Notes under the pieces: model-generated
Databases searched by the model: none
What the model was told of the DNA's origin: nothing
Seen by the model: the letters and a program-made list of their open reading frames with translations, nothing else
In this document: one piece after another, positions 11,221-21,032 of the stretch
How positions within the stretch are numbered: position 1 is the first letter of the stretch
Layout: every line of letters begins with the position of its first letter
Program-made: the position numbers and the translations under genes
Assembly (NCBI GenBank): GCA_964362665.1
Contig: CAYIFB010000007.1
Coordinates: forward strand, 1-59,142
Source: an uncultured Gammaproteobacteria bacterium
GTDB taxonomy: Bacteria; Patescibacteriota; Microgenomatia; 2-02-FULL-39-11
Length of the DNA stretch: 59,142 nucleotides
Direction: 5' to 3'

Positions 11221-12969
11221 TTAATAATAAGCCAATTTCTTTAATTCTCCTAATTTATACGTCAGACTCCTGCTTCTTTTCACATGCTTAGGATGAAACA
11301 GTAAATCCAGGCCCTTACCGACAAATCTTCTGTATTTGGTCTTGATAAGTTTCATGCAGCCCGCCGTCCCGACACTTATGAGTAAAACCGGCAATAAACT
11401 TTTGCAGTATAAATACAAGTCGCTTTCTTCCTCAACTCTTTTTCGCCTGACTACTCCGCCAAATCCTACAAACAGATCCACACATTCTTTGGTTTCCAGG
11501 TCCGTCAAACTGTCCCCGATCATGATTTTCCGGCCTGCAATTTGCCTGATGATCTGCAATTTGCCGTGATTGCGCCGGAGTGGCCCTTCAATAAAAGACA
11601 CGTAATTCCCATTTTCATCAAAAAGCAGGTCATTGCCGAAGATATTCTTGTCGGAAATGCCCAATGTCTTTCCCAATTGATAAAGGGCTGTAGAAAAGCC
11701 TCCGCTGATAATATAGACTTTTTTTCCGCAAAGGTGCAGAGCTTCTATCACCTCTCTGGTATCGGCAATTAAGCTGTCTTTATATAATCCGCCCACTTTT
11801 TCAACCAGACTTTTATGAGGCTTTAAAAGGCTTAACCTTTTTTCATAAACACTTTCAAAATCAACCCTGCCTTCCATGGCGTCCAGGGTCAATTTGGCAA
11901 TTTCTTTTTTCTTTCCCAAAAGCCCTGCCAACTCGTCAATACCTTCAATGTCAGATAGTGTGCTGTCGCAGTCAAAAATAACGGCATCAAAATCCGAGAG
12001 TTTGCTTTTGGCTTCTTTTTTCTTTTTAAAAACCTGCGGGTTGAGAAGATTAACAGGTAATCTCCCTTCCAAATATTCACAGATTCCGGATACCACTTCT
12101 TTTATACTCTCCTTTTGCGACTCTACAGTTGACCCGGCAATATGTGGAGTAGCAATGACCTGATCTAATTTTAATAATTTCGAGTGAGGTGACGGCTCAT
12201 TGGTAAAAACATCTACAGCAAATCCCTGAAGATATCCGTCTTTAATTCCCCGGATGACAGCTTCTTCATCCACAACTGCTCCACGGCTGCAGTTGACAAT
12301 ATATGCTCCTTTTTTACATAAGCTGACCGTATGGCGGTTGATCATTTTAGAAGTTAAGTATGTTAAGGGGACATGGAAAGAGATAATATCGCTTTCTCTC
12401 AAAAGTTCCTCATATGTCAGCTTTTTCACCCGTCTTGGAAGCTGTGTATAGGGCTCGCAAACCACGACTTTCATGCCAACCCCGACTGCCATCCTGTAAA
12501 CTTCACGTCCGACATTGCCAAACCCGACAATTCCTAATACTTTTCCCTGAATTTGACTGCCTATATACTTTTGCTTTCCCCAGATTCCTTTTTTTAGATC
12601 TGCCGCCGCAGCAGGAATATGGCGAAGAAGAGAAAAAATAAGCCCGATGGTGTGTTCTGCCGTCACTAAAGCATTGCTCTCTGGGGCGTTAATTACTCCA
12701 ATCCCTGCTTTGGTTGCGGCAAAAATATCAATATTATCAACCCCAATTCCCGCCCGGCAAATCAGTTTTAAATTGCGGGCATACTTGATGACGTTTTCAG
12801 GGATTGGCGTTGATGACCTGGTTATAATAGTGTGGTAATCGGCAATTATCTTTTGCAGCTGCGCCGGATTTAACCCCAACCGTTTTTCGATCTTAAAATG
12901 CTTTTTCAAGGGTCCCAGCCCTATTTCCGAAATATTATCTGTAATTAAAAGTTTCATCATATATTCCAT
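11221..12969 (-). CDS. Fusion of D-3-phosphoglycerate dehydrogenase (SerA) and HAD phosphoserine phosphatase (SerB)
   Basis: N-terminal RAGIGVDNID, GFGNVG, TPHIAGSTVE; C-terminal FDCDSTL, ISGGF, MIGDSLTD, FVGFGG. Confidence 0.88.
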   Translation of the reverse strand: MEYMMKLLITDNISEIGLGPLKKHFKIEKRLGLNPAQLQKIIADYHTIITRSSTPIPENVIKYARNLKLICRAGIGVDNIDIFAATKAGIGVINAPESNALVTAEHTIGLIFSLLRHIPAAAADLKKGIWGKQKYIGSQIQGKVLGIVGFGNVGREVYRMAVGVGMKVVVCEPYTQLPRRVKKLTYEELLRESDIISFHVPLTYLTSKMINRHTVSLCKKGAYIVNCSRGAVVDEEAVIRGIKDGYLQGFAVDVFTNEPSPHSKLLKLDQVIATPHIAGSTVESQKESIKEVVSGICEYLEGRLPVNLLNPQVFKKKKEAKSKLSDFDAVIFDCDSTLSDIEGIDELAGLLGKKKEIAKLTLDAMEGRVDFESVYEKRLSLLKPHKSLVEKVGGLYKDSLIADTREVIEALHLCGKKVYIISGGFSTALYQLGKTLGISDKNIFGNDLLFDENGNYVSFIEGPLRRNHGKLQIIRQIAGRKIMIGDSLTDLETKECVDLFVGFGGVVRRKRVEEESDLYLYCKSLLPVLLISVGTAGCMKLIKTKYRRFVGKGLDLLFHPKHVKRSRSLTYKLGELKKLAYY

Positions 12970-13225
12970 AAAAAAACACCTCTCTTTTGAAAAGACGAGG
13001 TGTCTCGTGGTGCCACTTTTCGCTTCCTTCAGGTTACCCCTCAGGACTTTGAAACTTCTTTGAGCTTAAAAGCCAACAAAGTTTCTTATCTTAAACGGGA
13101 ATTCCCGTCTTCTCTTCACCCCCGCCTTAAGCGGGGTTTTCGAGAAGCGACTCTACCGAGGGAAAGTTCGGTATCTTGTCCGCCGATGAGGCGGAGCTAG
13201 CGTCTTTAGATTCACTTTTTAATCT
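12970..13225 (-). promoter_or_regulatory. T-box riboswitch, probable Ser specifier
   Basis: Antiterminator AAGTGGCACCACG (13006-13018), terminator ACACCTC/GAGGTGT plus U-run, CCCGTT F-box; candidate specifier TCC at 13161-13163; upstream of serA-serB and serS. Confidence 0.82.
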
Positions 13226-13266
13226 CATGCATCATAACAAATCTTACTCGATTGTCAAGAGATTTA

Positions 13267-14616
13267 TTATCTGCATAATTTAGGCAAGGCGGCATATCCT
13301 TCCGGATATAAGGTACATACACCTGTTGCTTTGATCACATCCCCATTGGATTGATGAATGCCTACCGCCAATATTAAACCTTTTTCCAAATCATGATCCG
13401 CTATAGAATATTTTTCTTTTTCCGGAAGCACTTTACCCAATTTTCGAAGTAATCCCTCAAAATCAGAAGTTGCGTAAAATCGGTATAGTTCATCTGTCGA
13501 AATCCCTGCAAATTGCGTTACCTGGGAAAACACGTCCACTCCGTTCTCATAATAATCTCCGGCCGAAATTATGCTCTCAAAACCAAAATGGTCAAGAATT
13601 CTGCGGATTGTAATCGTCTCTAACAATACTTCATTGAACCAGGCAAAACCATAATAATTATCTGTAAAGACCTCTCCGCCACGATAATACCTGAAGTCCT
13701 CTTTTACCCCATCCGGTCTTTGCAGTTGAAATTCCGGCTTGTTAAGAAGGCTTCCTTCTGAATTTTTGACTGTATCCAAATGCCCCCACTCATGCCATAA
13801 ACCATCAAGTAAAGCCAGTCCGGCAACCTGCTGTGATCCGCCTGCCTGAGTTGACTGTCTTTTGATGCTTTCAATATTGATTAATACTTTTCCGGACTTA
13901 AAATTCGTATAGCCCCAATCAGTAGTGTCAGGAGTTCTCTCCGGATCAAGACTTTGTACTGTAGCGATATATTCGCTGGTTGTTGAATAAAAAGTAACAT
14001 TATCTTTCATGTCTTTCTGGTTTAATAAAGTACTTTTCGTAATCGTCAGATATTCTTTTGCCAGATCCGTGATAAACTTACTTCGCTTTTCCGGATTGTC
14101 AAAATCATTCCAGGTAAAGCCTAAAATCTCATCCTTCAAGGATAATGGTTTTTGTTCAGGCGGTTTTGGAGCCGAATTACATGCGCCCAATGCAAGGCCG
14201 CCTGCGGTTATAACTGCCGCTTTCAAAAATTGTCTTCTCGTCATTGGAGTACGGGTGGTTAATACAGTTCCGAGAACGGGAAACAAGAAACTCAGATCCC
14301 GGGAGTCTGATGGAACTGCAACTAATTTTTCTCTGGTTTTTCCAAGCGCAGTCCAGGCTAAAAACGGCTCTCTTTGAAGAGCTAAATCAAGTTGCTGCAC
14401 ATACCAGGCTTTGGTAAAGACATCAGCGGATTTTCTAACTCCTTTTTCTCTACCCTCGCCTCCTGCAAAATTATGAATATCACCTGGTACGCGACTTTTT
14501 CCAGCGTCAATTATAGGTTGAAACAACTCTTGCACCAGAGAATGAGGTTCTGAGTCGCCTGGAAAGAACGGTCTGACGACTGATGTGCTTGGTAATTCCT
14601 GTAGGCTTAATCCCAT
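13267..14616 (-). CDS. Putative zincin metallopeptidase / lipoprotein
   Basis: HEWGH with downstream FNE; internal TRRQFLK...LGAC twin-arginine plus lipobox segment. Confidence 0.6.
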   Translation of the reverse strand: MGLSLQELPSTSVVRPFFPGDSEPHSLVQELFQPIIDAGKSRVPGDIHNFAGGEGREKGVRKSADVFTKAWYVQQLDLALQREPFLAWTALGKTREKLVAVPSDSRDLSFLFPVLGTVLTTRTPMTRRQFLKAAVITAGGLALGACNSAPKPPEQKPLSLKDEILGFTWNDFDNPEKRSKFITDLAKEYLTITKSTLLNQKDMKDNVTFYSTTSEYIATVQSLDPERTPDTTDWGYTNFKSGKVLINIESIKRQSTQAGGSQQVAGLALLDGLWHEWGHLDTVKNSEGSLLNKPEFQLQRPDGVKEDFRYYRGGEVFTDNYYGFAWFNEVLLETITIRRILDHFGFESIISAGDYYENGVDVFSQVTQFAGISTDELYRFYATSDFEGLLRKLGKVLPEKEKYSIADHDLEKGLILAVGIHQSNGDVIKATGVCTLYPEGYAALPKLCR

Positions 14617-14662
14617 AATATATTATTATAACATAATACTATAGGATAATAAATCTTCACTT

Positions 14663-15874
14663 TTACAGGCTGGTGGAAGAAATTCCGGCGATCAGCCAGA
14701 AAAATAATTCTTCCTGGATTGATATGATATTTGTCTGAGAATGGACTAAATAAAGGATAAATACCAACAGGAGAACTTTTTGTATCAGTTTCTCTTGCTC
14801 ATCAGTTCCTGAATAACTTTTTATTAAATTTTCTGTTATTTTAAAAATCAGAAGAAGATAGACTGTTAATCCTATCACTCCTGTCGTTGCCAAAACGTCT
14901 AGTAGCATCGCATGGGCTTTATCGACATAAACATCATGCTGTAGCTTGATTGGCCATTCATCTGCTTCAAAAGCGTAATCGCTGTTGGCGAATCCGTACC
15001 CCAGTATCGGCCTCTTTTTTACCCCGAGAAGAATTTTTCTGAAGATTCTCTCCCTGCCCTCAGGCACGAAACCGCTTAACTTATTTTGCTGAAAAATTGC
15101 GACCGTAATTAAAAATAAACTCGCAAAACTCAAGAGAATAAAGGTTTGCACTCCTCTTTTTTTCCCGATTAAAAACCACCCGTTAAGAAAAAGCAGGCCT
15201 GTAACCAATCCTCCGTAGGAATTGGTGGCGACGATAGCTAAATACTGCAAGATTAGAGCTAAAATCCACCATAAACGCTGTAACTTACCTGCTGTTTTTA
15301 TTCGGTAAAAAATAAATGGCAAAGTTATGCTCAAATACCCGGCCAGAAAATTGGGATTGCCGAAGGTAGCTCCCACTGCCCTGTTCTCCCAGTGGGGAAG
15401 AAAAAGCATATCAAAATTAATGACCAGGAAGGACATGACTAAGGTAATTATGCTTATGAGTGAACTTCCCAAAGCCATACATTGATAAATTAATTTTTTA
15501 TCAATATCCTGCCAGATTAAACTGACAACAATCGAAAAAACGGCCAGATGTAGATAAGTAATTAAGCCGTCCCCGCGGTAATAATTGCCAATCAAACTTT
15601 TAGGCAAATCGGCTCCAAATAGAGAAGCAATGCAACCAACCGCCAGAAAGATGATTATCAGTAAGGTAATGGAGTTTAGTGAGGATAAGATTTTCTTAAA
15701 TAAATCTTTTTGGTAAGTTATTACGGTCAAAATCAGCAAAATTTCGATCCAACGGTTGATAAACCAGACTCTTGGAATTTCATAAGCCACCGCTGCCCAG
15801 GGCCAAAAAACCAATGGGGAGACAAGAAGTCCTGCTAAAAATACGCCTTGGAGAAGTTTTATTCCTTTTACCAT
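14663..15874 (-). CDS. O-antigen ligase/polymerase (Wzy_C) family membrane protein
   Basis: Multiple TM helices; ATFGNPNFLAGY, RPILGYG and DKAH motifs. Confidence 0.85.
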   Translation of the reverse strand: MVKGIKLLQGVFLAGLLVSPLVFWPWAAVAYEIPRVWFINRWIEILLILTVITYQKDLFKKILSSLNSITLLIIIFLAVGCIASLFGADLPKSLIGNYYRGDGLITYLHLAVFSIVVSLIWQDIDKKLIYQCMALGSSLISIITLVMSFLVINFDMLFLPHWENRAVGATFGNPNFLAGYLSITLPFIFYRIKTAGKLQRLWWILALILQYLAIVATNSYGGLVTGLLFLNGWFLIGKKRGVQTFILLSFASLFLITVAIFQQNKLSGFVPEGRERIFRKILLGVKKRPILGYGFANSDYAFEADEWPIKLQHDVYVDKAHAMLLDVLATTGVIGLTVYLLLIFKITENLIKSYSGTDEQEKLIQKVLLLVFILYLVHSQTNIISIQEELFFWLIAGISSTSL

Positions 15875-15926
15875 ATTGACAAGAGTTTAATATTCGATCT
15901 ACAGTATTAATATACTATAAATTGAC

Positions 15927-17333
15927 ATGTATAAATTGGATGCGCATTCCCCTGCTTCGAACAATCGTTCGTTACCAAATCAATTCCAGTCTGCTTGGAA
16001 AAAACTAAACTCCTCGCAAAAAGGCACTCTCACCTCGGTTTTTGTTCTGGCTCTGATGCTTCCTATAGCCATCTTTGCTTCATTTTTCCAGAATACCATC
16101 AGATCACGCGCAGCTTTGAGGCCAAGGACAAATATAGCGACCCCGGTCGTTAATCAAGGCATCAAGTTGCCCAATGAAGAAGCTAATAATTCATACCTTG
16201 TGACTCCTCCGGATCCCCAAAATGAGGCACCGGCGTTTGCTACGGGTAATCCGTTTACCATTGAAGCTTGGGTAAAGATTCCCAAACCGATTTCCGGAAC
16301 TTATATCAGAAACTATACTCTTCTCATGCTTACCAAGCCTCAAACGCCAACCGACTACGGCTATATTTATAGATTGACTTTTGAAACCCAGGAAACAACT
16401 GGCACAACCAGGCCAATTTTTTCGGCGTTGAAAAACACCTTCGACTATACCAATAAGAATTATATCTCTGTGGGTGGAGGTAATACTGTATCTATAAACC
16501 CTGATACCTGGGCTCATCTGGCTGTAACTTCGTATTCTGAGAATGACCTCTGTAATTTGAAGCTATTCTTGAATGGTTCGTTGGTTGACAGCGCGCAAGT
16601 TTATGCTCCAAAATGCCAAATTTCCATCCAGCAGCCGCAGAAATTATTTCTCGCCAAATATCCGGACGGCGCAGGCGGTATTGATGGTTATTATTTCCCC
16701 GGAGCTGTAGATGAACTTCGGATATCGAATACCGTTCGCTATACCCAAAATTTCGCACCGCCCATAGCTCCATTTGAAAGCGACAATAATACCGTATCTT
16801 TGTGGCACTTTGACGGAAATATTCAAGACTCCTCCGGACACTCTCTTCATTTCGCAAATGTTGGCACAGTTGGATATATCAATGTAGAGTATCCGCTTCC
16901 CGCCACCCCAACTGCTGAACCCACAGGGATCGAACCTTCTCCTTCAATTACAGGAATTCCTGTTACACCCAGTATAAAACCAACTAATGTACCATCTCCA
17001 ACTTCTGTTCCAACAATTTCCAATCACCCGCCGGTGATTACCTCAACTTTTCTGCCCAAAGGTCAGGTAGGCAGGCCTTATAACGCGATAATTTCAGGCA
17101 CGGATCAGGATATCGGCGATACGCTTTCGATGGATATTACTAATCTTCCTCCCGGCATCACTAAAGGCCAATGTCAAACTACCAACGCCAGAGTAAAATA
17201 TATTCGGTGTCTGATTAAAGGGATCCCAACGCTTGCCGGTATCTATCCTGTAAACGTCAAATTAACAGATAATTTTGGGGGTGTAGCTACTAAGAATCTA
17301 AGCTTGACCATCATCAATCCAATTAGGCCTTAA
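15927..17333 (+). CDS. Surface protein with LamG/ConA domain, Pro/Thr linker and Ig-like (He_PIG) domain
   Basis: N-terminal TM, FTIEAWVK, W.HLAVT, F.G.VDELRISNTVRY; C-terminal LP.GQVG..Y and LPPGI. Confidence 0.8.
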   Translation: MYKLDAHSPASNNRSLPNQFQSAWKKLNSSQKGTLTSVFVLALMLPIAIFASFFQNTIRSRAALRPRTNIATPVVNQGIKLPNEEANNSYLVTPPDPQNEAPAFATGNPFTIEAWVKIPKPISGTYIRNYTLLMLTKPQTPTDYGYIYRLTFETQETTGTTRPIFSALKNTFDYTNKNYISVGGGNTVSINPDTWAHLAVTSYSENDLCNLKLFLNGSLVDSAQVYAPKCQISIQQPQKLFLAKYPDGAGGIDGYYFPGAVDELRISNTVRYTQNFAPPIAPFESDNNTVSLWHFDGNIQDSSGHSLHFANVGTVGYINVEYPLPATPTAEPTGIEPSPSITGIPVTPSIKPTNVPSPTSVPTISNHPPVITSTFLPKGQVGRPYNAIISGTDQDIGDTLSMDITNLPPGITKGQCQTTNARVKYIRCLIKGIPTLAGIYPVNVKLTDNFGGVATKNLSLTIINPIRP

Positions 17334-17380
17334 TATAACAGCTGCCAGAAAAGAAATTCTTTCCATATTTTTTAAAAGCG

Positions 17381-18424
17381 TTATTTAACTGTAAATTTTC
17401 TTTCATCGCTTTCTTCTTTAAAAAATTTATTTCTGGCTACAAAACTCCAAGTATAATCTCCTTTGCTAAATTTTTTCTTATAATTGATATATACAAAATC
17501 TGAAAGTACTGATTGATCTTGTGCTACTAAAGCATTATTAATGTATAAAGCTCCATAATCTCCAGCACATTTACTCCATACCCAACCAATTTTGGCGGTT
17601 AATCCAAATTCTATATTATCACTACTATTAAAAACTGCTCCATCTAACGGACCATCCACGGTCATGGATATCTCGCACCCCGTAGCAACTGAAACAGGTG
17701 TTGGTGATGGTATGGGAGTTGGAACATTGGTGGGAACTGAACTAGGTCTTGGTGTAGAAGTTGGTCTTGGTGTCATGCTCGGTACTGGTGTGTTCGTCGG
17801 ATGAGATGATGGTCGAGGAGTAGAAGTTGCTGATCCTCTGGGACTTGGCGTTGGAGACTTTATGATAGTGGGTGACGGCCCGGTATAACATGAGCAAAGT
17901 ATAAATCCATTCTTATTAGTTGTTTTTGTGCAGTATCCTGGCGGATTATCAAGACATTTTTGGCCCCGGCTTTTATCAACACAACCTCTGGAGGTAGGAT
18001 TACCCGGATAACAGGAGTTGGAATCACAACTTCTTGTTCCCTTTTCCCACTGGTTGCTATTGTTACACCACCAGATTAAACCTCCCCGACAACGAAAATC
18101 ACCTTTCGTCTGACATGTCGGAGTCTTGTCTTCATCCGGTGGATTACCATTCAAGTTGTTACAGTCATTTTGGCACTCGGCGCTTGGGGGATCGTTTCTT
18201 ACTAAACCGTTTCCACAGTGAAACTGCCATCCTCCATCAGTACACCAGCAACCCGGACCCTGATCAGTCTGGACGATCGCACATCCACTTGTCGCTTTTC
18301 CTGAAGTGGACAGTCTGTTTTGAATCCCAATGACTGATAATCCCAATACCAGTAATAGTGATAAACCTGAGGCGATTTTAAACTTGGATAATTTTATCTT
18401 TTTAAGATTTTTTTTAGGTGTCAT
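17381..18424 (-). CDS. Cys-rich surface protein with Pro/Thr/Ser linker and beta-rich C-terminal domain
   Basis: N-terminal TM, many Cys, long PTPSP/TPRP linker. Confidence 0.75.
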   Translation of the reverse strand: MTPKKNLKKIKLSKFKIASGLSLLLVLGLSVIGIQNRLSTSGKATSGCAIVQTDQGPGCWCTDGGWQFHCGNGLVRNDPPSAECQNDCNNLNGNPPDEDKTPTCQTKGDFRCRGGLIWWCNNSNQWEKGTRSCDSNSCYPGNPTSRGCVDKSRGQKCLDNPPGYCTKTTNKNGFILCSCYTGPSPTIIKSPTPSPRGSATSTPRPSSHPTNTPVPSMTPRPTSTPRPSSVPTNVPTPIPSPTPVSVATGCEISMTVDGPLDGAVFNSSDNIEFGLTAKIGWVWSKCAGDYGALYINNALVAQDQSVLSDFVYINYKKKFSKGDYTWSFVARNKFFKEESDERKFTVK

Positions 18425-18482
18425 TATCTACAAAGATAGTCTTCTTGTATGATATTTGTCAAATTATTTTATTTTTATAATT

Positions 18483-19562
18483 CTAGCTTTTAAAAATCCT
18501 CTTATAAATCAGCAACACATCATCTTTGGTTCGCTGGCTGTTGAGAATCACGGCGATAAGTCTTCTGCCGTCCCTTTCGATATAAGATGACAATGTTTCA
18601 TGGGCAAAGTTTGAGCTTCCCGGTTTGACGCCTTTGATGCCATAAAAGCTTCCGTCAAGCTGAAGGATGTTATACAAAAAAAATGCTTTGTGCTCGCTAT
18701 TTTTATAGGGGATAATTTTGCTTTTAGTGGAAACAATCTCCGCAAATGTTGAATTATCCAGGGCATAATTAGTCAAAGCCAGAAGATCTAGAGGAGTGGA
18801 AAAACTGGTTTTATGAAGATCTTTTTCATCAAGCCCGGTGGGATTGAAAAAATATGTATCCATCATCCCCAAATTCTGGCCTTTCCTGTTCATTTCGTCA
18901 ATAAACCATGATCTTCCCCCTCCTCCGTCGGTTTCAGATAATGGAATTCTTTTCTGGTACTTGCCGACCCCTTCGGCAATTGCTTCTGTGGCATCATTGC
19001 CTGATGGCAAAAGACTCCCGTATAAAAGATCCTGGAGGGACAATCTTTCACCTGCCGAAATTCCCATATGGGCTTCACCTGTGCTCGCGGCAAAAACGGA
19101 GATATAAATGGTCATATCGAGAGGAGCGTTATCCAAAGCGGTTATAGCTGTCATAATTTTACTGATTGAGGCAATCGGCATCGCTTTGGTCAGATTTTTG
19201 GAATATAAAAGCTCCCGGCTGTCCCGATCCATCACGGCGTAGGTATCGCTGCTTAAATGCAGATCATCTTCATACTTTGGCGAAAGGTTAAAAGGAAAAT
19301 ATTTACTCCTGGGATAATTGTCTGTAGTTTTTGTAGACAAAACTTTCTCAAATAAGAGATTTTGGGGCTTTTTGATAAAACTTATGCCGAGTGGAGTAAC
19401 AATCGATAAATCACTGCTTTTTATTTTAAACTCGCTCGCCAGCCAGAAAATAACGATAACGAAAAGTCCTAATATCAGACCGAGGATGAAATATTTCCTG
19501 AGGTTTACGATTATTCCAAGGATTGTCGGTTTAGTATCCACCTCCATAGGAATATCAATCAC
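18483..19562 (-). CDS. D-alanyl-D-alanine carboxypeptidase (peptidase S11)
   Basis: ASISK (SxxK), SGN, F.NPTGLD, and KPG in place of KTG; N-terminal TM. Confidence 0.88.
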   Translation of the reverse strand: MIDIPMEVDTKPTILGIIVNLRKYFILGLILGLFVIVIFWLASEFKIKSSDLSIVTPLGISFIKKPQNLLFEKVLSTKTTDNYPRSKYFPFNLSPKYEDDLHLSSDTYAVMDRDSRELLYSKNLTKAMPIASISKIMTAITALDNAPLDMTIYISVFAASTGEAHMGISAGERLSLQDLLYGSLLPSGNDATEAIAEGVGKYQKRIPLSETDGGGGRSWFIDEMNRKGQNLGMMDTYFFNPTGLDEKDLHKTSFSTPLDLLALTNYALDNSTFAEIVSTKSKIIPYKNSEHKAFFLYNILQLDGSFYGIKGVKPGSSNFAHETLSSYIERDGRRLIAVILNSQRTKDDVLLIYKRIFKS

Positions 19563-19564
19563 AT

Positions 19565-19683
19565 GAGTTTCGCGTACACCTTAATAATTAAAAGGGTGAC
19601 GCGAGAGAGGGGTCCCATACGAAGATGTATCGTAGTATGGGATACTCGAGCGGCAGGACCCGAAATAGAATAACGCGAAACTC
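19565..19683. ncRNA. Structured intergenic motif, copy 1 (GGGTGACGCGAG-hairpin-CGAGCGGCAGGACCC)
   Basis: 11 bp outer stem GAGTTTCGCGT/ACGCGAAACTC; core identical to 42333-42409 around a different hairpin. Function unknown. Confidence 0.6.
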
Positions 19684-19692
19684 TTGAATCAT

Positions 19693-20631
19693 TCATTTAT
19701 TCTCATCGAGATAATGTATAACATCAAGCGCAGCTATGCAGCCAAATCCTGCGGCTGTTACAGCTTGTTTGTAATTATAATCATGTACATCACCACCTAC
19801 AAAGACGCCGGCAATATTGGTCGCTGACCGGTATTTGAGAAGGCCATTTTCTTTTACTTCCTGGCGGACGATGTAACCCTTACGGTCAAGCTCCAACCCT
19901 TTGAGTTTGTCGGTATTGGGAATGTGTCCTATAGCCACAAAAATTCCGTCAGTTTTAAACTCGCTTTCTTTGCCGGTTTTCTGATCTTTTAAAATCATTC
20001 CTGTAACTTTGGCGTCACCTAAAACTTTACTTACCGCTTTGTCCCAGATTACTTTTATTTTAGGCTCGCTAAATACCCTTTTTTGCATGGCAAGGGATGC
20101 CCGAAACTCACTTCTTCTATGGATGATGGTAACCGATTTGGCAACATTGGCTAAGACTAATGCCTCCTCCATCGCGCTGTCGCCTCCTCCGACAACAACT
20201 ACATCTTTGCCGCGGAAAAAAAACGCGTCGCAGGTTGCACAGGTGGAAATGCCTTTTCCCCGAAGCTGTATTTCACCCGGAACTTCCAGCCATTTACTGT
20301 CGGCTCCTGTGGAAATAATGACGGCTTTTGCCTGAAATGTTTTTCCATCAGCTGTCAGACTAAACGGTGTTTTAGTAAAATCTCCTTTTTCAAAAACAAT
20401 ATTTAATATTTCCACTCCCAATCTCTCCGCCTGATGCCGCATATTCATCATGAGGTCGGGTCCCTGAATCCCATCGACATATCCGGGATAATTTTCAACC
20501 AGAGTAGTCAGCATTAATTGTCCCCCCCAGCGGATTCCGGCGAGAATTAAAGTCTTCAGTCCTGCCCTGATACAGTAAATCCCGGCAGTAAAGCCAGCTG
20601 GACCGCTGCCTATAATAATTACGTCGTACAT
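19693..20631 (-). CDS. trxB: Thioredoxin reductase
   Basis: GSGPAG, GGQL, CATCD and GGGDSAMEEA motifs; adjacent to trxA. Confidence 0.95.
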   Translation of the reverse strand: MYDVIIIGSGPAGFTAGIYCIRAGLKTLILAGIRWGGQLMLTTLVENYPGYVDGIQGPDLMMNMRHQAERLGVEILNIVFEKGDFTKTPFSLTADGKTFQAKAVIISTGADSKWLEVPGEIQLRGKGISTCATCDAFFFRGKDVVVVGGGDSAMEEALVLANVAKSVTIIHRRSEFRASLAMQKRVFSEPKIKVIWDKAVSKVLGDAKVTGMILKDQKTGKESEFKTDGIFVAIGHIPNTDKLKGLELDRKGYIVRQEVKENGLLKYRSATNIAGVFVGGDVHDYNYKQAVTAAGFGCIAALDVIHYLDENK

Positions 20632-20639
20632 ATAATGGC

Positions 20640-20966
20640 TTATTGGTTGATTACTTTATTGAATTCATTCAATAAAGTTTCTTTACTCTGCACTCCGATC
20701 ATCTGTTTGACAATTTTTCCTGCCTGAAAAATAAGAAGAGTCGGAATACTCATAATTCCGAATTTTCCGGCTGTAGCGGGATTTTCATCAACATTAAGCT
20801 TAGCTATAATAGCCTTGCCTTCCATCTCTTTCGCGACTTCTTCAAGGATTGGATTTTGCATCTTGCAGGGTCCGCACCAAACTGCCCAGAAATCAACCAG
20901 AACCGGAATTTTCGCTTGTAAAACTTGTGAATCAAAATCTTTATCTGTGACAGTTATTTCCGCCAT
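20640..20966 (-). CDS. trxA: Thioredoxin
   Basis: VDFWAVWCGPCK and SIPTL motifs. Confidence 0.97.
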   Translation of the reverse strand: MAEITVTDKDFDSQVLQAKIPVLVDFWAVWCGPCKMQNPILEEVAKEMEGKAIIAKLNVDENPATAGKFGIMSIPTLLIFQAGKIVKQMIGVQSKETLLNEFNKVINQ

Positions 20967-21032
20967 TTTCTTTTTCCTTTCAAAAACTTATTTAACTTTC
21001 ATATCTTAGCAAAAAATGTCATAATAGAAAAT

